A DNA stretch of 64,000 nucleotides from Candidatus Aminicenantales bacterium (GTDB lineage: Bacteria > Acidobacteriota > Aminicenantia > Aminicenantales > UBA4085). The DNA is taken from contig JBEKTZ010000003.1 in the NCBI GenBank assembly GCA_049515535.1, forward strand, positions 186,001 to 250,000, written 5' to 3'. Positions 28,237-36,001 of this stretch are shown one piece after another. The notes beneath the pieces are model-generated. The model saw nothing but the letters and a program-made list of their open reading frames with translations, was not told the origin of the DNA and did not search any database. The number at the start of each line of letters is the position of its first letter. Positions within the stretch are counted from its first letter, which is position 1. The position numbers and the translations under genes were made by a program.

Positions 28237-31116
28237 TCAAAAGTTCCATTTGATGCCGAGCCGGATGATCCGCGGGGACAGGACTTGGGTGATGTAGTGG
28301 AAGGTGCTGCTGGACTGGGCGTTCCAGCTGAGGGTGGTCACCGCATTGAAGATATTAAAGGCGTCGATCATCAATTCCAGCTTCCCGACGCTGCCGAAGC
28401 TGAAGACTTTGCTCAGCCTCACGTCGAGATTCGTCAGGCTGGGATATCGGCTGGCGCCGTACTTCTCCGTGTACACTGCGATCCGGCCCTGGTTGAGGAG
28501 GCTCGTGCTGGTGTTGAAATAGCGCTGGGTTGGATAACCGCTGCGGTAATCTAAGTATGCGCCGATGTAGAGGCCCCAGGGCAGATCATAGCTGCCGCTG
28601 GCTTTGATGATCACGGGCACGTCGGTCGTATCGACGACATTATCGTTCATCGTCAGGTTATTGGGGTCGTCGACGGATTCGATCGGCTGCTTGACGTTGG
28701 TCTTACCCAAGGTGGCCGAAGCCATGAACTGCCACCGGTTGGCGTATCTTTTGTTGAATACGAATTCGAAGCCTGAATACGAAGTTTCATAGCCCGGTCT
28801 CTGGGTGATATATGGCTGGGAAACGCCCACCTTGGCCGAAGCCAGATTATAAGCTGTCAGTGTTTGGCCGTCATCTGAAGTGCCCACGACCCCGTCGGGA
28901 CCGGGATCGACGACGCTGACGGCCGTGTAGTCCGTTTGGGGATTCACGGCCTTGTTGTCCGTCCACCAGAATCTCTGCGATTTGCGGTAGATGAAGTTCA
29001 GGCTGACGCCGATGTCCCGGGCGAGTTTCTTTTCGAATCCGGCCACGATTTCGTCGGTGTAGGGCGATTTCAGATTGGGATCGATACTGAGGGCCGTCCC
29101 GATATTGGTGTATTTTATGCTGCCGAACTCGTTTGTTTGGGGCAGCTTGTCACCATTGGCGTCGTTCCAGCTATAGTCGACCTCCCAATAGCCCGTGGTG
29201 ATGGCCTGATCCACCGGGCCGTAGCTGACCTGGTAGGAGTAGTGGGCGTAATGGGCCTTGAAGATGTTCTTTCCGTCGTCGAACAGGTCGTAGGTCAGGC
29301 CGATGCGCGGGGAGAGCATGGTGAACGCTGCTACGTTTTTGATGGCGGCCTGATGATAAACGGGCGTGGCCGTCGTCCGGTTCGCGTAATAGTAATCCGT
29401 CCAGGGGGACGAGGCGATGTCCGTTGGGTCGATGTTCATATGGGTGCTGTCGAGACGAAGGCCGAGGTTGATCGTCAGGTGCTTTTTCAGGCTGAAGACA
29501 TCGTGGAAATAGGCGGAGTAGACGATATCGCTTTGTTTCCATTTTTCTTCCCGGAAGGTCCAGACCTGATAGGGGCTGGTGTGATCGGGATAGTCGAAAT
29601 AGAGAAGGATATTGCCGGGGTGTTTCCGGGTCGTGTGGAACGGCGAGTTTTGGTATTCGAAACCGACCTTGATCTCGTGGTTGCCGCCGAGAAAGTCGTC
29701 CTTGAAATAATCGGCGAAAGCGTTGAACTGGTAGCGATTGGAATAGTACCAGGTGTAGTTGTAATAGGCGTTTTCGTATCCGCCGGTGACCGGAGTGGTG
29801 TAGTAGATCCGTATCGCCGGCTGGTTCATATCGACCCCGGGCTGATTGCCGGTCTGATACCACATGTTGTTGATGCCGAACTTGAGATTCAGGATGAGGT
29901 TCGAGCCCAACGTCCAGGTGTCCTCCAGGTGGTAGAAATAGGAGGGAGAATCCTGGAGGGCGGTCGTTATCGGCGGCCGGGTGATCGAGGCCGAGCGATT
30001 GGGCTGGTATTTGTTGTCGTAGTTGACCCAGCCCATGAGCTTGTTATTGTCGGAGAGCTGGAAGCTCAGTTTGAACGTGCCGTGGGTCAGCGCGGCGTAA
30101 TTTGTCTGGGGAACGCCGTTCAGGTTGTAGCCGATGATGAAGCTGCTGATGTCTGTCTTGCGGAAGGAGCCGTAGAACCAGAGCTTGTCCTTGATGATCG
30201 GACCGCCGAGGTCTCCTCCCCATTCATTATAATAGTCCATCGGATTGCCGCTGCCGACGCCGGCATATTGGGGATTCGTTGTCAGATCCGGGATGTTGTT
30301 CGACTGGAGTTGTATGCCAAGGACTTTTTTGCTCGTCTCGCCGTAAAGGCTGATCCCGCCGCTGAACTTGTTGCCGCCGGATTTGGTGATCATGTTGAGG
30401 ACCAGGCCTCCGACCTGGACGTCGGCGGTATGGGCGGCCGTCTCGACCTGGATCTCCTCGAAGGAGTCGAAGTCATAATACATGGCCGAAGCGCCGTTGG
30501 CGGCGGCGTCCGTCATGTTCACCCCGTCGATCGTATAGTTGGTCTGGTTGCGCATGGTCCCGTGGGCATAGGCGCTGCTCTGGTTGCCGGCCGTGCTTCC
30601 CCCCACGTTCTCCCGGTCCATGACGACCCCGGGGGTCATCGCCATGATGACCCAGGGATCGCGCGCGCTGGGCAGTTTCTGAAGCATGACTTGGGTGAAG
30701 TTCGTCTGGATGGTGCTGGTCTTGAGGTCGACAACCGGCGCTTCGCCGATGACCGTCACCGTCTCCTGGATGGCCGACACGTCCATCGTGACTCTGAACG
30801 AGGTCGTCCTACGCAGGGAGACCTCGACCCCCTTTCGGACAGCCGTTTTGAACCCTTGCAGGGTGAACGTCACTTCGTAAGAGCCGATCGGGAGGAAGTT
30901 GAACCGAAACCCCCCGTCGGCCGACGTCAACACCGTGGCCGTCCGCTTGATCAGAACCGGACTGGCGATCGTCACCGTGACGCCCGGAAGCCCATTGCCC
31001 TCCGGATCGAGCGCCGTCCCGGCGATCGTGCCGGTCTGGGTCATGTCCTGGGCTGCGACGATTCCGCTGAGGAGAACGATTAAGCAAAAAATCAAACACA
31101 ATTTGGCTCTTGCCAC
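28237..31116 (-). CDS. TonB-dependent receptor, Oar-like with carboxypeptidase-regulatory N-domain
   Basis: LPGVTVTI, plug YTIDG, TKSGGN, C-terminal PRIIRLGIKWNF; GTG start after AAGGAGG. Confidence 0.88.
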   Translation of the reverse strand: MARAKLCLIFCLIVLLSGIVAAQDMTQTGTIAGTALDPEGNGLPGVTVTIASPVLIKRTATVLTSADGGFRFNFLPIGSYEVTFTLQGFKTAVRKGVEVSLRRTTSFRVTMDVSAIQETVTVIGEAPVVDLKTSTIQTNFTQVMLQKLPSARDPWVIMAMTPGVVMDRENVGGSTAGNQSSAYAHGTMRNQTNYTIDGVNMTDAAANGASAMYYDFDSFEEIQVETAAHTADVQVGGLVLNMITKSGGNKFSGGISLYGETSKKVLGIQLQSNNIPDLTTNPQYAGVGSGNPMDYYNEWGGDLGGPIIKDKLWFYGSFRKTDISSFIIGYNLNGVPQTNYAALTHGTFKLSFQLSDNNKLMGWVNYDNKYQPNRSASITRPPITTALQDSPSYFYHLEDTWTLGSNLILNLKFGINNMWYQTGNQPGVDMNQPAIRIYYTTPVTGGYENAYYNYTWYYSNRYQFNAFADYFKDDFLGGNHEIKVGFEYQNSPFHTTRKHPGNILLYFDYPDHTSPYQVWTFREEKWKQSDIVYSAYFHDVFSLKKHLTINLGLRLDSTHMNIDPTDIASSPWTDYYYANRTTATPVYHQAAIKNVAAFTMLSPRIGLTYDLFDDGKNIFKAHYAHYSYQVSYGPVDQAITTGYWEVDYSWNDANGDKLPQTNEFGSIKYTNIGTALSIDPNLKSPYTDEIVAGFEKKLARDIGVSLNFIYRKSQRFWWTDNKAVNPQTDYTAVSVVDPGPDGVVGTSDDGQTLTAYNLASAKVGVSQPYITQRPGYETSYSGFEFVFNKRYANRWQFMASATLGKTNVKQPIESVDDPNNLTMNDNVVDTTDVPVIIKASGSYDLPWGLYIGAYLDYRSGYPTQRYFNTSTSLLNQGRIAVYTEKYGASRYPSLTNLDVRLSKVFSFGSVGKLELMIDAFNIFNAVTTLSWNAQSSSTFHYITQVLSPRIIRLGIKWNF

Positions 31117-31139
31117 GTTATCCCTCCTTATTGAATTTG

Positions 31140-31189
31140 ATGATGAAATAAAACTTTCATCATAAATTTGTATGTAACCATAATTACAT
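31140..31189. promoter_or_regulatory. Two tandem inverted repeats, candidate RpiR-family operators
   Basis: atgatgaaa-N6-tttcatcat (31140-31163) and atgtaa-N6-ttacat (31172-31189). Confidence 0.6.
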
Positions 31190-31235
31190 TTATAAAAACA
31201 CAATTCCGAAACTTTGTCAAGTTTTTTGAACCCCT

Positions 31236-32102
31236 TCACGAAAGAAATTCTTGGGAGAGCAATTCATTCATCAGATCGATCTCGGCGACGACCCGTTTCT
31301 TGTTGAGAAGGGCGATTTCCGTGGCGACGGCGTTGATCAGCATAGCGGCTGCGGAGACCGAGTTTGTGAACATCAAGTTCCGGGTCTTGACCAGAAGAGT
31401 CTCCTGGGAAAAGCGGACGATCGGCGCCGTCGTCCTGTCCGTGACGGCCAGGCACTGGATCCCCCGCTCCCGGCAGAATTGCACGGCCCGTACCGTTTCC
31501 TTGGAATAGGGCGGGAAGGAGAACGCCAGGAGGACGTCTTTAGGCGTCAAATGGATCAGTTTTTCCAGGAACGAGTGTTCGTCCTTGGCGCAGAAGTGGG
31601 TCTTCAGGCCGGCCTGGTTCAATTGATACGCGGACAGCCGGGCCAGCAAAGAGCTGATCCCGATGCCAAGAGAGTAAACGCAGCGGCCCTTGTTCAAACC
31701 GGCGATGAACCTCTTGAAGACGGCCCGGTCGAGTTGTTGGAGCGTGTCATTGATGCTCTTCACTTCGAGCTCGGCGATCTTCAGGACCGTCGAGATTTGA
31801 TTCTCCTTCGGAGAGAGAAGCTTGAAGCGGTCCTCGGGCATCATCTCTTCTTTTGCTTCGTTCAGCATGTGTAATCGGAATTGCTGGAAGCCCGTAAAAC
31901 CGAGATGCTGGGCGAATCGTACGATCGTGGCCGAGCTCGTTCCCGTCTTGTTGGCCAGATGGGCGGCCGAAAGGGCGAAGGCGGCCGGAAAATTCTGGAG
32001 AATGAAATCGGCGATTTTCTTTTCCTTGCGCGACAGCGAAGGATACTTTTCGGAGATTTGTTGGTTCAGGGAAACGATTTTTTCTTTGTCGTTGCTGTTC
32101 AT
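31236..32102 (-). CDS. RpiR/MurR-family transcriptional regulator (HTH + SIS)
   Basis: SSATIVRFAQHLGFTGF; SIS region GIGISS, SFPPYS. Confidence 0.93.
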   Translation of the reverse strand: MNSNDKEKIVSLNQQISEKYPSLSRKEKKIADFILQNFPAAFALSAAHLANKTGTSSATIVRFAQHLGFTGFQQFRLHMLNEAKEEMMPEDRFKLLSPKENQISTVLKIAELEVKSINDTLQQLDRAVFKRFIAGLNKGRCVYSLGIGISSLLARLSAYQLNQAGLKTHFCAKDEHSFLEKLIHLTPKDVLLAFSFPPYSKETVRAVQFCRERGIQCLAVTDRTTAPIVRFSQETLLVKTRNLMFTNSVSAAAMLINAVATEIALLNKKRVVAEIDLMNELLSQEFLS

Positions 32103-32159
32103 GAGTCTGTTGTTTAATTATCCATTGCCGGCCTCAGGACGTCAAGCTTATTCGCCGAC

Positions 32160-32173
32160 GCTCGTCCCTTGAC
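32160..32173 (+). repeat. Isolated right-end fragment of the dispersed element
   Basis: GCTCGTCCCTTGAC is identical to the last 14 nt of copies C and E; intergenic. Confidence 0.6.
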
Positions 32174-32189
32174 TCCCTATTAAGAGTCC

Positions 32190-33605
32190 TCAGAACGGAC
32201 CCCAATGACTGAGGACGGGGGGGATGAGCGCGATCAGGCTGAACAGAATAAGGACGATCATCAGCGGGACGAACCACTTGGCCCATTTCTCCCAAGGGAG
32301 CTTGGCTACGCCGAGAACGCCCATGGTGACGGCCGAGGTCGGCAGGATAGGATTGATGACCTCGCAGAGCTGAAAGGCGAGGACCGTCGTCTGCCGGGTG
32401 ATCCCGACGAGATCGCTCAAAGGGGCCATGATCGGCATGGTCAGCGCCGCCTGGGCGGTTCCGGAGTGGATGAAGAAATTGATGATGCCCTGGGTGATAA
32501 ATATCATGTGCGCCGTGACCAGACCCGGAACGGCGGAAATGATCCCGGCCGTGAATTGGAGCACGGTATCAAGAACGACCGCTTCCTTGAGGATGATCAG
32601 GATGGCCCGGCCGCCGGCGATGATAAGCGTCACGTTCATGACGTCTTTGGCCCCGGTGATGAACGTCGAGGCGATCTCCGACGGCCGGAGCCGGGCGATG
32701 AGCCCGGAGATCAAGCCGATGCCGAGAAACAGGGCGGCGATCTCTTCCATATACCAGCCTTTGGCCAGGATCCCGTAGACGAGGAGCCCGATCCCCGAGC
32801 CGAGGACGAGGAGGATGAGCTTCTGCGCGGCGCCCCACGGGAGGCGTTTGTCGGGGTCGAGCGACGGCGCATAGCCGCGGCTTCGATCGATCTCGAAGAC
32901 GGGGCTCTTGGTCGGGTCCTTGGTGATCCTCGCGGCATAAACCATGACGAAGACTATGGCGATGGTCGTCGCGATCACCCACAGGATTAGCCGATAAGGC
33001 AGGCCGGAATAAAGCGGGAGGTCCGACAGTCCCTGGGCGATCCCGACGGTGAAGGGATTGAAGAAAGCCGCCGAAAAGCCGACGGCCGAACCGAGGAAGG
33101 GAATGGCGACGCCGACGATGGAGTCGTACCCGAGCGACAAGGCCAGCGGAATGAAGATCAGGACGAAGGGGATCGATTCCTCGGCCATGCCGTAGATCGC
33201 GCCGGCCAGGGAAAAAACGATCATCAGAATGGGGATCACGAATTTTTTCGATCGAGGATTTCGGGAGAAGAATAGAGCCAATTTTTGAATGCCGCCTTCG
33301 ATGGCCCCCGTCTTCCCCAGGATGGCGAACGCTCCCCCGAAGATGAAGATCAGGAAAATGATGAGCGCGCCGTCTTGAAAACCCCGGATCGGCGCGATCA
33401 GGAGCCAGTGCGGCCCCAAGGGCTTCTTTGTCAAGGCTTGATACGTACCCGGGAGGGTGACCAACCGCGTCTGGCCTTGGACCGTCTTCTCAACGCGCTT
33501 GAATTCTCCTGAGGGAACGACCAGGCTGAGGACGTAGACCGCGATCACGAGCAGATAAATCAGCACAAGGGTGTGCGGGAGCTTGAAGACGCGCCTTTTT
33601 TTCAT
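32190..33605 (-). CDS. YfcC-family (DcuC-like) membrane transporter
   Basis: PHTL, FNPFTVGIAQGL, GTAQAALTMPIMAPLSDLVG, WEKWAKW. Confidence 0.88.
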   Translation of the reverse strand: MKKRRVFKLPHTLVLIYLLVIAVYVLSLVVPSGEFKRVEKTVQGQTRLVTLPGTYQALTKKPLGPHWLLIAPIRGFQDGALIIFLIFIFGGAFAILGKTGAIEGGIQKLALFFSRNPRSKKFVIPILMIVFSLAGAIYGMAEESIPFVLIFIPLALSLGYDSIVGVAIPFLGSAVGFSAAFFNPFTVGIAQGLSDLPLYSGLPYRLILWVIATTIAIVFVMVYAARITKDPTKSPVFEIDRSRGYAPSLDPDKRLPWGAAQKLILLVLGSGIGLLVYGILAKGWYMEEIAALFLGIGLISGLIARLRPSEIASTFITGAKDVMNVTLIIAGGRAILIILKEAVVLDTVLQFTAGIISAVPGLVTAHMIFITQGIINFFIHSGTAQAALTMPIMAPLSDLVGITRQTTVLAFQLCEVINPILPTSAVTMGVLGVAKLPWEKWAKWFVPLMIVLILFSLIALIPPVLSHWGPF

Positions 33606-33791
33606 CCGTGTTATTCCTCCCATAGACGGACATTATTCTATAACAGGTTCGGGATCAACCGGAACAGAATTTATCAAGGACGTCCGCTAAAAAGTGGACT
33701 ACGGTCACCCCCGGAATCCGCCCCGAAACCTCACTTCAGGAGACAATTTCGGATATAATAGACATTCCCGAAAACTGTCAAGGAGAATCGC

Positions 33792-34658
33792 ATGAAAAGA
33801 TCTTTGGCCTTGTTGCTCATCGCCCTGTCGGCTTGGTCGAGTGGCGCCCGCGCCGCGACCGTCGAGGGCCGTCTCTTCATCATCGGCGGAGGAACGCGGT
33901 CCGAAAGCATGATGAAAAGATTCATCGCCCTGGCCGAACAGAGCGGCCGCGGGACCATCCTTGTTTTTCCCATGGCCAGCGCCACGCCCGAGGAAACGGG
34001 AAAAAGTCAGGTCGAGGAATTCGTCAAATACGGAGCCAAGAATGTCGTCTTCCGCAATCTGACGCGGGAAGACGCCCTGAAGCCCGGCTCGGCCGACCTC
34101 CTCGACGGTGTCGGCGGCGTTTATTTCTGTGGAGGCGACCAGGCTCGGATCACGAAAGTGCTGCTCGATACGCCCGTCCACGCGAGACTCCTCGATCTCT
34201 ATGCGGGCGGCGCTGTGATCGGCGGGATCAGCGCCGGGGCGGCCGTGATGAGCCGACTCATGATCACGGGAGACGAAAAGCGTGAGGTGAAATCCGGCGA
34301 CGAGTTTTCGACGCTTCAAGCCGGGAACATCGTCACAACCCGGGGGCTGGGTTTTATCAGCTCGGCCATTATCGACCAGCATTTCGCGACGCGGAAGCGG
34401 CACAACCGGCTGATAAGCCTCGTCGCGGAGAACCCCTCCCTCCTCGGGGTCGGGATCGACGAAACCACGGCCATCATCGTCAGCCGTGGCGAGAGGTTCG
34501 AAGTCATTGGCGACAAGGACGTCATCGTCTATGACGCGACGCGGGCGAAGGTCACGATCACACCGTCAAAGGCGGTCGGGATCGTCGGAATGACGACCCA
34601 TGTCCTTCTCCCCGGCCAAACTTACGACCTCAAGTCGAAAAAGGTTCTCGTCCGCTAA
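33792..34658 (+). CDS. cphB: Cyanophycinase-like S51 peptidase with signal peptide
   Basis: IIGGG, GGDQ, GISAGA, DQHF...RHNRL, GIDE. Confidence 0.85.
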   Translation: MKRSLALLLIALSAWSSGARAATVEGRLFIIGGGTRSESMMKRFIALAEQSGRGTILVFPMASATPEETGKSQVEEFVKYGAKNVVFRNLTREDALKPGSADLLDGVGGVYFCGGDQARITKVLLDTPVHARLLDLYAGGAVIGGISAGAAVMSRLMITGDEKREVKSGDEFSTLQAGNIVTTRGLGFISSAIIDQHFATRKRHNRLISLVAENPSLLGVGIDETTAIIVSRGERFEVIGDKDVIVYDATRAKVTITPSKAVGIVGMTTHVLLPGQTYDLKSKKVLVR

Positions 34659-34760
34659 GCGCCGGGCCAGCGCTCTCGGATCCAGAGTTCTTGTTTGTCC
34701 TCCCGATCGGGACCTTGGAGGCTTTTAACACCGTTGGAAGACGTCAATGCTCGTTGACAC

Positions 34761-35100
34761 TCAGCGCAGCTTGCCGATCTGCAAGCACAGTGTCACGCCG
34801 GCGAATGATCGCTCCGCGTTGATGTCGGCAAAGCCGTAAAGGCCTATTCCCATAAAGCTCAACGGCCTGAAAAACCCTGCATTTCGAGCGGTAATCCAAT
34901 CCGGGGGCCTATCTTCTTTTTCCCATCATTGCCCGTATCCCCGAACAAGTGCAAGCCGCACGTTTCACAACGCCAACCGCCGACGATGGCGATTCCGATG
35001 CCCGCCGAGACATAAAATGACGACGGCTTGAGACTGAAACCGTAAAGCAGGGCCGTATCCCAGACTTCATCGCCGCCGAAGAGCGTCTCGCTATAGAACC
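34761..35100 (-). pseudogene. Frameshifted, 5'-truncated outer-membrane beta-barrel remnant
   Basis: SAGIGIAIVGG...IGLPLEMQGF, then in another frame FRPLSFMGIGLYGFADIN...LQIGKLR*; the shift falls in the A5 run at 34870-34874. Confidence 0.55.
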
Positions 35101-35181
35101 TGACTAGGAGGTGGAAAATAAATCCGAAAAATGTTAAATTTAGGGTCCCCAAAGGCCGACGGCCTTTCCGGGACTTCGCGT

Positions 35182-35257
35182 GGGCGTTTAGCTCAGTTGG
35201 GAGAGCGCAGCGTTCGCAATGCTGAGGCCGGGGGTTCGACTCCCCCAACGTCCACCA
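35182..35257 (+). tRNA. tRNA-Ala(CGC)
   Basis: 76-nt cloverleaf, G3:U70, anticodon loop TTCGCAA, GTTCGA T-loop, encoded CCA. Confidence 0.97.
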
Positions 35258-35339
35258 TTTTTTTTCAGGGGCAAAAAACCGGGTCGGCAGGTCTCCCTTT
35301 TTCCGTCCATTTCGGTTATGATTTTCCCGGCGGGTTCAG

Positions 35340-35798
35340 ATGACGTTCCTTGTCGATTGCATGCTGGGGAAACTGGCCAAATGGCTGAAGATCCTCGGCT
35401 TCGATGTTCTTTATTTTCCCAAGGCGGACGACGATGACCTCCTGGCGCTCGCCCGCCGCGAAGGCCGGACGCTTCTTTCCCGGGATCATGCCTTGCTCGC
35501 GCGAGCCAAGGGCTTAACGGCCCTCCTCATCGAAAGCGAGACTTGGGAAAACCAGGTCAGACAAGTTCTCGGCCGGTTCGATCTGTATCCGGAAGCGCGG
35601 CCGTATTCCCGCTGCGTCGAATGCAACGCCGGGCTCAAGCCGCTGTCGAAATCCCAGGCGGCCAACCTCGTGACGCCCTTCGTTCATGAGCGGGAGGAGA
35701 CCTTCGCCATCTGTCCGTCCTGCGGCCGGGTCTTCTGGCCGGGCACGCATTTCAACGGCATGGAGGAAAAGATCGACGGACTGCTCAGGAAGCCCTAA
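35340..35798 (+). CDS. Mut7-C (PIN-like RNase with Zn ribbon) protein
   Basis: FLVDCMLGKLAKWLKILGFD, RCVECN, CPSCGRVFWPGTH. Confidence 0.92.
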   Translation: MTFLVDCMLGKLAKWLKILGFDVLYFPKADDDDLLALARREGRTLLSRDHALLARAKGLTALLIESETWENQVRQVLGRFDLYPEARPYSRCVECNAGLKPLSKSQAANLVTPFVHEREETFAICPSCGRVFWPGTHFNGMEEKIDGLLRKP

Positions 35799-35926
35799 TA
35801 ATTAAAGTGACGCGCAACGGTGTCCCTTAAGTGCCCTTCAAGGTCTTGATCGATTTTCCTCTATCGCTTCCGTTTGACTTTTAAGCGCGTCTCGTATAGT
35901 AAAAAGTCAGTCATGATAATCTCAAC

Positions 35927-35989
35927 GGCGGACGGGGCCCCGGGCTTTGCCCGGGAGTCCACTTCCGCCGCGAAAGCTCGTCTCTTAAC
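35927..35989 (+). repeat. Dispersed palindromic element, short form, copy D, in the GH116 leader
   Basis: Same family; ends 12 nt before ATG 36002. Confidence 0.95.
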
Positions 35990-36001
35990 TCAGGGGAGGG
36001 A

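Noticed and set aside
35182..35257. tRNA as an integration site of an island
   Set aside because: No integrase and no duplicated tRNA 3' end found in the window.
34859..35343. ORFs overlapping the tRNA
   Set aside because: The tRNA-Ala explains the sequence; only the part below about 35100 looks like a protein remnant.
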